The notes below the pieces were generated by a model that was given only the letters and a program-made list of their open reading frames with translations, had not been told where the DNA came from and did no database searches. 64,000 bases of DNA from Pecten maximus (lineage: Eukaryota): the NCBI RefSeq assembly GCF_902652985.1, contig NC_047017.1, positions 26,102,001 to 26,166,000 on the forward strand. Reading direction: 5' to 3'. This document shows, piece after piece, positions 1-13,943 of the stretch (the stretch's first letter is position 1; each line of letters opens with the position of its first letter). The position numbers and the translations under genes are program-made.

Positions 1-3000
1 TGGTGTGGTGTTAGGTATTTACAGTTTGTAGATATTGGTGTGGCGTTAGGTATTAACAGTTTGTAGATATTGGTGTGGCGTTAGGTATTAACAATGTGTA
101 GATATTGGTGTGGCGTTAGGTATTAACAGTGTGTAGATATTGGTGTGGTGTTAGGTATTAACAGTTTGTAGATATTGGTGTGGCGTTAGGTATTAACAGT
201 GTGTAGATATTGGTGTGGTGTTAGGTATTAACAGTGTGTAGATATTGGTGTGGTGTTAGGTATTAACAGTGTGTAGATATTGGTGTGGTGTTAGGTATTA
301 ACAGTGTGTAGATATTGGTGTGGTGTTAGGTATTAACAGTGTGTATATATTGGTGTGGTGTTAGGTATTAACAGTGTGTAGATATTGGTGTGGCGTTAGG
401 TATTAACAGTGTGTAGATATTGGTGTGGATGTTAGGTATTAACAGTGTGTAGATATTGGTGTGGTGTTAGGTATTAACAGTGTGTAGATATTGGTGTGGC
501 GTTAGGTATTAACAGTGTGTAGATATTGGTGTGGCGTTAGGTATTAACAGTGTGTAGATATTGGTGTGGCGTTAGGTATTAACAGTGTGTAGATATTGGT
601 GTGGTGTTAGGTATTAACAGTGTGTAGATATTGGTGTGGCGTTAGGTATTAACAGTGTGTATATATTGGTCGTGTGTTAGGTATTAACAGTGTGTAGATA
701 TTGGTGTTGTGTTAGGTATTAACGGTGTGTAGATATTGGTGTGGTGTTAAGTATTAACAGTGTGTATATATTGGTGTGGCGTTAGGTATTAACAGTTTGT
801 AGATATTGGTGTGGCGTTAGGTATTAACAATGTGTAGATATTGGTGTGGCGTTAGGTATTAACAGTGTGTAGATATTGGTGTGGTGTTAGGTATTAACAG
901 TTTGTAGATATTGGTGTGGCGTTAGGTATTAACAATGTGTAGATATTGGTGTGGTGTTAGGCATTAACAGTGTGTAGATATTGGTGTGGTGTTAGGTATT
1001 AACAGTGTGTAGATATTGGTGTGGTGTTAGGTATTAACGGTGTGTAGATATTGGTGTGGTGTTAGGTACTAACAGTGTGTATATATTGGTGTGGTGTTAG
1101 GTATTAACAGTGTGTAGATATTGGTGTGGCGTTAGGTATTAACAGTGTGTAGATATTGGTTTGGTGTTAGGTATTAACAGTGTGTAGATATTGGTGTGGT
1201 GTTAGGTATTAACGGTGTGCAGATATTGGTGTGGCGTTAGGTATTAACAGTGTGTAGATATTGGTGTGGCGTTAGGTATTAACGGTGTGTAGATATTGGT
1301 GTGGCGTTAGGTATTAACGGTGTGTAGATATTGGGGTGGTTTTAGGTATTAACAGTGTGTAGATATTGGTGTGTTGTTAGGTATTAACATTGTGTACGTA
1401 TTGGTGTGGCGTTAGGTATTAACAGTGTGTAGATATTGGTGTGGTGTTAGGTATTAACAGTGTGTAGATATTGGTGTGGTGTTAGGTATTAACGGTGTGT
1501 AGATATTGGTGTGGTGTTAGGTATTAACAGTGTGTAGATATTGGTGTGGCGTTAGGTATTAACAGTGTGTAGATATTGGTGTGATGTTAGGTATTAACAG
1601 TGTGTAGATATTGGTGTGGTGTTAGGTATTAACAGTGTGCAGATATTGGTGTGGCGTTAGGTATTAACAGTGTGCAGATATTGGTGTGGCGTTAGGTATT
1701 AACGGTGTGTAGATATTGGTGTGGCGTTAGGTATTAACGGTGTGTAGATATTGGGGTGGTTTTAGGTATTAACAGTGTGTAGATATTGGTGTGTTGTTAG
1801 GTATTAACATTGTGTATGTATTGGTGTGGCGTTAGGTATTAACGGTGTGTAGATATTGGTGTGGTGTTAGGTAATAACAGTGTGTAGATATTGTTGTGGT
1901 GTTAGGTATTAACGGTGTGTAGATATTGGTGTGGCGTTAGGTATTAACAGTGTGTAGATATTGGTGTGGTGTTAGGTATTAACAGTGTGTAGATATTGGT
2001 GTGGTGTTAGGTATTAACAATGTGTAGATATTGGTGTGGCGTTAGGTATTAACAGTGTGTAGATATTGGTGTGGTGTTAGGTATTAACAGTTTGTAGATA
2101 TTGGTGTGGCGTTAGGTATTAACAATGTGTAGATATTGGTGTGGTGTTAGGTATTAACAGTGTGTAGATATTGGTGTGGTGTTAGGTATTAACAGTGTGT
2201 AGATATTGGTGTGGCGTTAGGTATTAACAGTGTGTAGATATTGGTGTGGCTTTAGGTATTAACGGTGTGTAGATATTGGTGTGATGTTAGGTATTAACAG
2301 TTTGTAGATATTGGTGTGGTGTTAGGTATTAACAGTGTGTATATATTGGTGTTGTGTTGGGTATTAACAGTGTGTAGATATTGGTGTTGTGTTAGGTATT
2401 AACGGTGTGTAGATATTGGTGTGGTGTTAAGTATTAACAGTGTGTATATATTGGTGTGGCGTTAGGTATTAACAATGTGTAGATATTGGTGTGGCGTTAG
2501 GTATTAACAGTGTGTAGATATTGGTGTGGTGTTAGGTATTAACAGTTTGTAGATATTGGTGTGGCGTTAGGTATTAACAATGTGTAGATATTGGTGTGGT
2601 GTTAGGCATTAACAGTGTGTAGATATTGGTGTGGTGTTAGGTATTAACAGTGTGTAGATATTGGTGTGGTGTTAGGTATTAACGGTGTGTAGATATTGGT
2701 GTGGTGTTAGGTACTAACAGTGTGTATATATTGGTGTGGTGTTAGGTATTAACAGTGTGTAGATATTGGTGTGGCGTTAGGTATTAACAGTGTGTAGATA
2801 TTGGTGTGATGTTAGGTATTAACAGTGTGTAGATATTGGTGTGGTGTTAGGTATTAACGGTGTGCAGATATTGGTGTGGCGTTAGGTATTAACAGTGTGC
2901 AGATATTGGTGTGGCGTTAGGTATTAACGGTGTGTAGATATTGGTGTGGCGTTAGGTATTAACGGTGTGTAGATATTGGGGTGGTTTTAGGTATTAACAG

Positions 3001-5726
3001 TGTGTAGATATTGGTGTGTTGTTAGGTATTAACATTGTGTACGTATTGGTGTGGCGTTAGGTATTAACAGTGTGTAGATATTGGTGTGGTGTTAGGTATT
3101 AACAGTGTGTAGATATTGGTGTGGTGTTAGGTATTAACGGTGTGTAGATATTGGTGTGGTGTTAGGTATTTACAGTGTGTAGATATTGGTGTGGCGTTAG
3201 GTATTAACAGTGTGTAGATATTGGTGTGATGTTAGGTATTAACAGTGTGTAGATATTGGTGTGGTGTTAGGTATTAACAGTGTGCAGATATTGGTGTGGC
3301 GTTAGGTATTAACAGTGTGCAGATATTGGTGTGGCGTTAGGTATTAACGGTGTGTAGATATTGGTGTGGCGTTAGGTATTAACGGTGTGTAGATATTGGG
3401 GTGGTTTTAGGTATTAACAGTGTGTAGATATTGGTGTGTTGTTAGGTATTAACATTGTGTATGTATTGGTGTGGCGTTAGGTATTAACGGTGTGTAGATA
3501 TTGGTGTGGTGTTAGGTAATAACAGTGTGTAGATATTGTTGTGGTGTTAGGTATTAACGGTGTGTAGATATTGGTGTGGCGTTAGGTATTAACAGTGTGT
3601 AGATATTAATGTGGTGTTAGGTATTAACAGTGTGTAGATATTGGTGTGGTGTTAGGTATTAACAATGTGTAGATATTGGTGTGGCGTTAGGTATTAACAG
3701 TGTGTAGATATTGGTGTGGTGTTAGGTATTAACAGTTTGTAGATATTGGTGTGGCGTTAGGTATTAACAGTGTGTATATATTGGTGTTGTGTTGGGTATT
3801 AACAGTGTGTAGATATTGGTGTTGTGTTAGGTATTAACGGTGTGTAGATATTGGTGTGGTGTTAAGTATTAACAGTGTGTATATATTGGTGTGGCGTTAG
3901 GTATTAACAATGTGTAGATATTGGTGTGGCGTTAGGTATTAACAGTGTGTAGATATTGGTGTGGTGTTAGGTATTAACAGTTTGTAGATATTGGTGTGGC
4001 GTTAGGTATTAACAATGTGTAGATATTGGTGTGGTGTTAGGCATTAACAGTATGTAGATATTGGTGTGGCGTTAGGTATTAACAGTGTGTAGATATTGGT
4101 GTGGCGTTAGGTATTAACAGTGTGTAGATATTGGTGTTACTTTAGGTATTAACAGTGTGTAGATATTGGTGTGGTGTTAGGTATTAACAGTGTGTAGATA
4201 TTGGTGTGGCGTTAGGTATTAACAGTGTGTAGATATTGGTGTGGCGTTAGGTATTAACAGTGTGTAGATATTGGTGTGGTGTTAGGTATTAACAGTGTGT
4301 AGATATTGGTGTGGTGTTAGGTATTAACAGTGTGTAGATATTGGTGTGGCGTTAGGTATTAACAGTGTGTAGATATTGGTGTGGCGTTAGGTATTAACAG
4401 TGTGTAGATATTGGTGTGGTGTTAGGTATTAACAGTGTGTAGATATTGGTGTGGTGTTAGGTATTAACAGTGTGTAGATATTGGTGTGGCTGTTAGGTAT
4501 TAACAGTGTGTAGATATTGGTGTGGTGTTAGGTATTAACAGTGTGTAGATATTGGTGTGGCGTTAGGTATTAACAGTGTGTAGATATTGGTGTGGCGTTA
4601 GGTATTAACAGTGTGTAGATATTGGTGTGGCGTTAGGTATTAACAGTGTGTAGATATTGGTGTGGCGTTAGGTATTAACAGTGTGTAGATATTGGTGTGG
4701 CGTTAGGTATTAACAGTGTGTAGATATTGGTGTGGCGTTAGGTATTAACAGTGTGTAGATATTGGTGTGGTGTTAGGTATTAACAGTGTGTAGATATTGG
4801 TGTGGCGTTAGGTATTAACAGTGTGTAGATATTGGTGTGGCGTTAGGTATTAACAGTGTGTAGATATTGGTGTGGCGTTAGGTATTAACAGTGTGTAGAT
4901 ATTGGTGTGGTGTTAGGTATTAACAGTGTGTAGATATTGGTGTGGTGTTAGGTATTAACAGTGTGTAGATATTGGTGTGGCGTTAGGTATTAACAGTGTG
5001 TAGATATTGGTGTGGTGTTAGGTAATAACAGTGTGTAGATATTGGTGTGGTGTTAGGTATTAACGGTGTGTAGATATTGGTGTGGCGTTAGGTATTAACA
5101 GTGTGTAGATATTGGTGTGGTGTTAGGTATTAACAGTGTGTAGATATTGGTGTGGTGTTAGGTATTAACAATGTGTAGATATTGGTGTGGCGTTAGGTAT
5201 TAACAGTGTGTAGATATTGGTGTGGTGTTAGGTATTAACAGTTTGTAGATATTGGTGTGGCGTTAGGTATTAACAATGTGTAGATATTGGTGTGGTGTTA
5301 GGTATTAACAGTGTGTAGATATTGGTGTGGTGTTAGGTATTAACAGTGTGTAGATATTGGTGTGGCGTTAGGTATTAACAGTGTGTAGATATTGGTGTGG
5401 CTTTAGGTATTAACGGTGTGTAGATATTGGTGTGATGTTAGGTATTAACAGTTTGTAGATATTGGTGTGGTGTTAGGTATTAACAGTGTGTATATATTGG
5501 TGTTGTGTTGGGTATTAACAGTGTGTAGATATTGGTGTTGTGTTAGGTATTAACGGTGTGTAGATATTGGTGTGGTGTTAAGTATTAACAGTGTGTATAT
5601 ATTGGTGTTGTGTTAGGTATTAACAGTGTGAAGATATTGGTGTGGCGTTAGGTATTAACAGTGTGTAGATATTGACGTGGCGTAAGTTTTTAACAGTGTA
5701 GATATTGCTGTGGCGTTAGGTATTCA
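1..5726. repeat. 35-bp tandem minisatellite (TTGGTGTGGYGTTAGGTATTAACAGTGTGTAGATA)n, ~163 copies, runs off the left window edge
   Basis: Period of 35 read directly (unit starts at 491, 526, 561...). Near-identical units, no unique spacers. Confidence 0.98.
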
Positions 5727-5820
5727 TGATAAAGCTCTTGTCTTTCGAAACTTTAAAAAAATAATTTACTCGGGTGAAATAAATTCATATCCAACAACCA
5801 CTTATAGTGTAACCTCTATA

Positions 5821-6200
5821 TATTCAGGTGTGTAAATATGTGTTGATACTTGGGTTAGGTATTCACAGCATGTAGATACTTGCGTGGCATTCTATTTTCA
5901 CGTTGTGTTAATATTTGTGTTGCGTTAGGTATTCACGGCCTATAGATACTTCCCTTAAATTATACACTCAAGTTTTGTAAATATTTGCCATGCGTTATAT
6001 ATTTACGGTGTAACGATACTTGCATTGCGTTATATATTCAAGGTGTAAAGATACTTGCGTTGCGTTATATATTCACGGTAAAGATACTTGTGTTGCGTTA
6101 TATATTCACGGTGTGTACCATGTATATACTAACGCGGCTGTATATAGTCACAATGTGCAAATATTTGCGTGGCTTTAGGTATTCACGACTTGTAGCTATT
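5821..6200. repeat. Degenerate older copies of the 35-bp unit at the array edge
   Basis: Recurrent GTTAGGTATTCAC / TGTAGATACTTGCGT / GCGTTATATATTCACGGT variants at about 35-bp spacing. Confidence 0.8.
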
Positions 6201-6929
6201 GGCATATGTAAATATATGGATGGTAAAATGTATTAAATAGAGAATAATACATACCTTTTTCCATATCGGGTCCGATATGGAAACAAGTTATGTGCATTTA
6301 TTATATTCTCAGTAATAAATCACATAAATTTAGTTAAAATAACAATTTTCACTTCACAAGAATAATCAAATTCATTTTTTTCAAAGATTTATACTATCAA
6401 AGATCAAGAGTAAGCATTACTGATATTTTAATCGGTCCGAATCACTGTCAATGATCATCCTTGCTCTTTTCCTAGTACTAGTACTCGTTTCCTGATCATC
6501 TCATTGCTTATTGCTTAGAGTTAGAACAGAAATTAAATAATGCATGGTCTGCATCTTGAATGACTTCGTCTATTGAAATGTTGAGGTTATCAGTTTCCTC
6601 TCTAAGTATATGATCTTTTTCAGCTAAATATTCCAACTCGGCAATTCTTGCTGCGAGTGAATTCAAATTTTCATCTCCAGTGTCTGTATAATGTCGTCTT
6701 CTGGACGCCATATTGTTTGTTTGTTTCGCTGGCAATACAGGAGCTACATCTGTACGTCAAACCCCGAGAGACACGAATGGTATGATGTGACACAATTTCT
6801 AGAGGGGTTCCGCGAAGGGGGCCAATGCAGGGTTTGGGGTGCATTACTGAATCAATAATGCATGGGTGATGATTACGGGTCAGGCGATTTGGCGCCATAA
6901 TGTATATGCAATAAACCTTTATTTATTTA

Positions 6930-7133
6930 AGAACTAAACAGTACATGGTAGAATAGAAATAATCAACTTTGACTCGTGTATTGTTGCAGGATATACAACT
7001 CGGACTCGGATATTTTGCAATTTTAATTAATAACTCAGGCCTGCGGCCTCCGTTATTAATTCAATTGCAAAATATCCGAGTCCGAGTTGTATATCCTGCA
7101 ACAATATACGAATCATCGTTAATTATTTCTTAA
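6930..7133. mobile_element. Palindromic end of a non-autonomous DNA element (~175-bp imperfect hairpin); second copy at 51279-51470
   Basis: Arms 6955-7040 and 7045-7130 are reverse complements (TGTTGCAGGATATACAACTCGGACTCGGATATTTTGCAA / TTGCAAAATATCCGAGTCCGAGTTGTATATCCTGCAACA). Same AGAACTAAACAGTACATGGTAGAATAG lead-in as the 51.3-kb copy. Confidence 0.8.
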
Positions 7134-9744
7134 GTATACAATAAAGGTGTATATAGATATGCGTTTCCTAATGTAGTGACATTTCATACAAATTTCCGTC
7201 CTATAGTTTTCACGTTTTGTTATTTTGCATGCTGAAATAATGCAATGTTTATTTTGATGAAAAATGTGTATGTATACGTCCGTTTGGCCGGATATTAGTT
7301 CCTTTGAATTAGTTTATTGTTGTATGTGTTATGTTGTGAATTAAGATGTGACACAGTTACAAACATTTTTGTTTTGAATATGCAGACGCGTTTTCGGTTT
7401 ATTGTTGTGTCCTCTGTGAAGCTCTTCAGTGAGATGGTAGTCTCGTAGGAGTTTCATCTGTTGAGGTCGAGTTATATTAGCGTTGTTTGTTATTGTAGGA
7501 TAGTTGAATTGTTCGTCTTTACGAAGTCAGAGATGCTTGACAGTATCCTTGGTATGTCTCGCCTTTCCCTAGTCACCAACCTATTTATCATTTTGATGAC
7601 GGGACATTCATTTGTTAATTTGCATGACGGGTGTCGATGTAGAAGATTTACAAAACGCCTTGACAAATCTTTATTGAACAATTTCAAGGACATCCATAAT
7701 AATCTTTGTTTGTATATGCTGAAATTTGTCTTTGTTTTATAGAATATAAATCAAAATACCGATTTCTTTTACACGTTGTTATTCTTTGTTCATTTTTTTT
7801 GTGTTTATCCATTGTGCCAGGTGTGAATTTCTTGTGACTTATGAATTGTTATAGAAACCGTAAGTATGTGCTTAATACAACTCTTTATTTCAATGTTTAC
7901 TCTAAACGTTTAAGAGTGGACATAATTATTCCTGCAGCATGCATTTATCAATAGCCAACCTTTACTTATGTCCTTAAATTACATTCGTTCGTTTATTAAT
8001 GTTCCAGATGTGTAGGAAACTTTAAGGCATATATATATAACGTAGCATTAGAACCCATTTATATCGCCCAAGAGTTCGTCCTCTGTTCTATAGAAATTAA
8101 CGAATCACGGCCCATATTTTATTGATCTAGGTATTTTGTATTGGGAAGCAAAGGCACTGGGACCAATTATGGATGTATATAGTCCACTACGGCAATCTGT
8201 TCATATAATTGATTCCAACTAGAAGTCTAGCGAAGGCAATATCGCTATAAATGCGACATTCAATAACTTCGGGATAATGCTAAGTCCAGCGGGTCCTGAT
8301 CTGCTGTCCTTCCGACAGTATAACCAGCACTATTAAGGAAGAGAGCACAGATATGTCAATATTTTGTCTCTTAAAGTACAGCTCAAGTCTTTTCCCAAAA
8401 CGTTTCTATTGGGTACAGACATTCATCTTAAAATGAGATTAGTTTAACAGCACCAATCACCACGATCATATCCTTATTGTAGGTCAGGTCATACGGAAGT
8501 CAAATTGGATCTTGTTATTCAGAATTCACTGTGCGATTTTAAGAAACCTATTTATTAACTTTAATTTTACACTTTTTATTCGTCACTATTAGGAAAACTA
8601 ATATGACAATTTCCCGAGGTTCGATTGTACATTATAACAAATCTTCACAGTACAAAGTATTTCTACTGTGTTGTTTTATCCAACATGCCTTTCCTACTAT
8701 TGACGGAAAACACAACATTTGTTGTACATATATATCTTCACTTTATAAAAGTACAATACAGTTCATAGTTCATGTTTTTATTTATTTTACACCATCTGCG
8801 AAACAATTTACATAGCAATTTGTGTTAGGATCTTCAAATATTGAAACACTGGGGAATCAGCAGAAAGTATTCAACGAGGGTGTAATACGTGAAACGGCCA
8901 GGAATCTGGCATATATCTTGACTAATTACATATCAGAAGATACAGACTGTCTATTAACGACGTTTAATCTCCAGCGGGCTTAATATCCGCACAGGTCACA
9001 GTATCCCCATTAGTCAAAGCGACCGTGTTTTAATATCGTACAAATTAATCGGGACAGTTCATATAACCCGAGGCAGCCACCTGACTACCAATCACATGAC
9101 GGGTATTACAGGACGTCAACGTAAAATACAATTATCATTCATGACTAGTTTTGGTTATTATGAACAGTATAATTTACCTAAAGGTATAATACACCTGAAT
9201 TATTTTGTCCATTGTAATCACGTTGTTGGAGCTTAGTTATATCAACATTTTTAAGGTTAGTACATTTCTCATTGAAAAGGAGTAGACGATTATTGTTATC
9301 AGTATTACATGGTTTAAGAACATTTCCATTACCTTTATGTATTGAAAAATGTTAAGAATACAAGCATCAAAACCTCCTATTTACATATAGCCTGGCTGTG
9401 AGAAAATTTAAAATTTGAAAAAAAAAAAAAAAAATTGTTATGGGTTAAAGTGCAGCATCTTTACAGGTAAACTAATACAAACAGGTTCATGAAATTGTTT
9501 GTTTTTAAATTGCAAATTACATGTCAACAGACCTACCGTACTTTTTTTGTATTGCCAGCGTTCTATATGATTTAAAACAGTTTTAAAATGCCTTCTGCGG
9601 GCTATCTGAAGAATGTTTTTCTGTCCAAAATATGAATGGTACATTGACTTTGGCGAGGACATATCATAACACAAGTCAAAAGTATTTTGCTTGTCACGGC
9701 AATACAGGTCTCTGTGGAAGTTGATACACGGAAAATAACGGTTA

Positions 9745-10240
9745 AAAACCGAAACTTTTACATATCTAATCAAGACAGTTACATTGGTAAAAAAAAAAAA
9801 AAAAAAACCAGAAACGTTTACAATGGTTAACAAAACAGAAACGTTTACAATGGTAAACAAAACAGAAACGTTTACAATGGTAAACAAAAACAGAAACGTT
9901 TACAGTGGTAAACGAAATATAAACGTTTACATATGTATTTAAAAAAAACCGTTTACAGTGGTACACAAAACAAAAAAAGTTTACATATCATATCAAAACA
10001 GAAACGTTTACATATCTTAATAAAAAAGAAACGTTTACAGTGGTAAATAAACAGAAACGTTTACATATCTTATCAAAACAGAAACGTTTACGGCGGTGAA
10101 AAAAGCAGAAACGTTAACATTGTTAAACAAAACAGAAACGTTTACAGTGCTAAGCAAAACGGAAACGTTTACAAAGTGTTAAACAAAACAGAGACATTTA
10201 AAGTGTTAAACAAACAAAATGCTTAACAAAACAGAACTTT
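9745..10240. repeat. ~27-bp degenerate minisatellite (AAAACAGAAACGTTTACAATGGTAAAC)n
   Basis: Repeated AAACAGAAACGTTTACA core. Explains the repetitive spurious ORFs 9438..9887 and 9766..9966. Confidence 0.9.
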
Positions 10241-10503
10241 AAAAAATCTAAGAATAAACAGGGTATAACAAAGATTTGTCAGATAGTAACAAGGTAATGA
10301 TTTAGCTATATGAGTTAAATGCCAACCCGTTAAGCAACTATTTAGCGATTTCTGTTTATTATGCAACACCTCAAATCTAGATTAATATCACTGGGGAGCA
10401 AAGGCATGTCCAAATACAATAAAATACACATGTGTATATTTTGCAGGTAAAATACGAATAAAATACAAATGAATATGACGCTGTTTTATAAAAGGTGTTG
10501 GGT

Positions 10504-10532
<29 letters not shown>
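10504..10532. repeat. (TA)n microsatellite
   Basis: Direct reading. Confidence 0.95.
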
Positions 10533-10534
<2 letters not shown>

Positions 10535-12514
10535 CCGAAATCACCTCAATTATCACTTGTTTAACTTGGGTTAGTAACCCTTCATATCTTCATGTAGAAT
10601 CTATTCTCATATGGTCTAGCTGTAGTATGTCAGACAACAATTTAACATTAATGTCAAAGCTGGTCCCAGAATAGAAGTAAATATCCTGTGTATACAACAC
10701 TAGGAAGTTGATATAACTACATGTTTACATGCCGGATATTGTACATAAAATAACTTAGGTTATGATTTGTAACCATTTATATCAAAACGATTATCCGCAA
10801 GAGAAATGCAACTTGGATTTATATCAGGTGGTTGTTAAATCAGTGTTTCTGAGTCTAAAACATTTAAACGTTTTTTTAAGAGACAACATAAGTATGTGTA
10901 TCCTATTGAACAGGGCTGCGTAAATGATACATTGTTTTATTAGTGTTTGGTTAGCTTTATTATTACATTTTTGTGTATCTACATTTTTAAGGAAATACAT
11001 TTTGCATGTGGCATTGAAAAATGCTGAGGTAAAAATGTTTGAAAAGTCCCAATAAAACTCATTTAAAGACAATAGATAAATTTCATATGATCTTCGTAAC
11101 TATTTATCAACTTTAATGAAATGCTTTCTGATAAATCATCTGACAGGCAATCTTAAAACTATCTTCGATAGACCTATTAAATGAAAAGAAGTCTCTTTTC
11201 CCCTTTAGGAATATTGAATATATATGCATTAACAATATCTTGTTGCTCAACGCCTAATCCAAGAGAGAGTGAGGAGCAACATATCTTTACAAGGTATTTT
11301 TACGAAGGCAAATTGTTCAAACATGATTTGATTTTGGTTCCATAATTAATGGATCAGTTTAGAAAACATATGTAAAGAGGATTGCTTCAATGCGACATCA
11401 TATATCATTTAATTGTATCGTCACCCATTTTGGCACGTCACTTCAAATACCAGTTCGAAAATAGATTTTCTTCATTATACTACATAATATAATTAGATAA
11501 TATGTGTGAAAACATTGTAATACCTTAATGGTGGCATAATTTGATTTTACCCAATCATACGAACCCCCGACAATTCGCAATGTAGCCTTGTGGAATCTAC
11601 CACACTCTGATACCTATCGGAACATTAACGATAAAGGTAGTTTGTAACTAACCTAAATGTCAGCATTGCCTTGTGTGGACATCATTTATGATGCCACAGT
11701 GTTAACTGTTTCAATACAGCTGGTTAGACATATACCACGATATTCATTGAATGAGTTGAAACCTTATGATATATTGCCATAATGAAGAGTTACAAATGAC
11801 TGTAATTATCAAATAATGTATTACTGCATTACTGACGTGTATTCGGACATTACCTATAATGGTCATCTGATCCAAATTTACGACATATTTTTTCTACCTC
11901 AGCTATCCAACACGTAATGTTGTCATCAAATCTATTTTTCTGGTTGGCACGCGATCACATTTCCGCACGATATCAAAGGGACATATCTCGCCAAAGAAGA
12001 GTATAACTCTAGATTGTCAGTTAATGAACAAATGGAGTTTTAAGGGAGAGCAGCACACAAAATGATATATCTTTTTTACTTATGCGGTTAAAGACATTGG
12101 AAACTCATTTGAAACTGAGTAAATTTTACGAGATGAACAGGAATTCATACTACTACAGACGTTTGTGGCTGGTTATGATCATGATATTTGCAAATAGGGA
12201 AAAGTGGAATTTCAAAAAATCCTTTGTAATATAGATAGAAGTAGTTAAGGCCAAGGTACGTATTGTTTTATGTGCAGTGATGTTCGTTTGATGATCTCCA
12301 ACAAAACACTATCTTCTACTAGTATGTCATTCGTACCTCAATAAACTGATACATGTACTGTTTTCCACAAGTAGCAATACTAATTAAATGTTAAGAGGTT
12401 CAGGTAAAAGTAAGATAGAGCCTCGAACACATCCAAATGTCATCTAAGGTGATCCTGCCAGCTGCTATAAGAGGTAAAGATATATGTTATCTCTCTGTTA
12501 AAGCAACCCTTTAT

Positions 12515-12751
12515 TACGGAGCTCAATGATTGGCATGCCACACACTTAATTCATTTTGTTATTTTGAAATGTTATGTCCTTTTGTCGAAATAATAATTCA
12601 TTTTAACGAAATACTTTTTCGTTATATTAAATTTTTTTTTTCTAATATCGATATAATATATCGTTTTATCGAAATAATAATTCGTTTTTATAATCATTTC
12701 GAAATAAAGAAATTAAATAAGTGCGTGGCATGTCAGTGAAGGGGCTTCGTA
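12515..12751. mobile_element. MITE with imperfect terminal inverted repeats, TA-flanked
   Basis: The 5' end TACGGAGC..GGCATGCCACACACTTAATT matches the reverse complement of the 3' end TAAGTGCGTGGCATGTC..GCTTCGTA. Internal TCGAAATAATAATTCGTTTT-type subrepeats. Confidence 0.7.
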
Positions 12752-13721
12752 CTTCATTAATGGGAAATAACATTATCCAAGTTTGGGAAAACGTCACTGC
12801 AAAAACTTCAAAGACAAACTATCTGTTTGATATCATGATATGTCATTGAGAATACTCTTTTCAGTTTTAGTCCGCTAAACCTTTCAACTCATTATCGTAT
12901 CCCGTTATATCATTTTTTTTTATATTATTCACATTTTGATTCTGTTTTCCAATAGAAATTTAACACTTGCATCTCGCTTTGCCAGAGAATTTCTAATGGT
13001 GAATGTTGTAAAGTGCTTAAATGAAAACCACTGTGATGTAATGCAGAAACAATGCTTAAAACTTCCATTTTTGTGGCGCCACGGAAAGTAATGTTTTATG
13101 CCCATTGACAGAGTACTAAATAAGCAATTCTAAATTCAGCATTTTCTCTTCACAAAAACTGTCACCTCATCAGTTAGAGAACGGGGGCGAATAACATGAA
13201 ATCATTTAAATCCGAAATATGCAGGGATTGTATTTAATTAATTAATGTTAGAAATTAATTCTAAGAGGTTAATGAACTCACACAATGACTTGATACTACC
13301 TATTCTGACTCCCCTTGATATCGACAGGAATCATTAATGTTTAATATTAGGATTCAGATGGTTAAGAGTAAACAATGTTGCTAAATTGATGTTTGAGCAA
13401 GCTTCACGGCATGTAGCCAATGGCATTTCCGATCGTCGAAGATCACCTTCCAGTCACAGAAGCGATGAAAATATGGGAGAAATAAAGATTTTGAAAAACA
13501 GCACAACCACCGGCAGCAATACATTTGGTCAGTAAATAGCTCTTACTGTGATGTTGAGGCTGACTGCTGTCGGGTCTGCAACCGCAATGTGACCCGCGAG
13601 TTGAACTAGAAAAATAACATAATTGTATTATGAATCAATAATAAATATCAGGTCTCAGGTTCCAAAAATACAAATTCATTGCCAGGTATTAACATATATG
13701 AAAATATATATTTATATTGAA

Positions 13722-13943
13722 AATGGTGTCCACTTCCTATTTGACTGTCCTTGGTATCCACTATCTTTTTGACCCTGTCTGATCTCCGTTACCTTTTAGA
13801 CTGCTCTGGTCTACACTTCCTTTTTGAGTATTTTTGGTCTTCACTACTATTTTGACTGCCCCTTGTCTCCACTTTACCTTTTTGACTGTCCTTGGTATCC
13901 ACAATCTTTTAGACTGTTTCTGGTCTTCACTACCTTTTTGAAC
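13722..13943. repeat. ~29-bp degenerate tandem repeat (TTTTGACTGTCCTTGGTATCCACTA-like)
   Basis: About 7 diverged units. Underlies the spurious ORF 13761..13994. Confidence 0.75.

Noticed and set aside
1-5726. CRISPR array or telomeric repeat
   Set aside because: Units are contiguous with no unique spacers and the context is eukaryotic. TTAGG occurs only once per 35-bp unit.
6508-6898. Two overlapping 75-aa minus-strand ORFs as a gene
   Set aside because: No recognisable motif or splice structure. They may be TE-internal but this cannot be supported.
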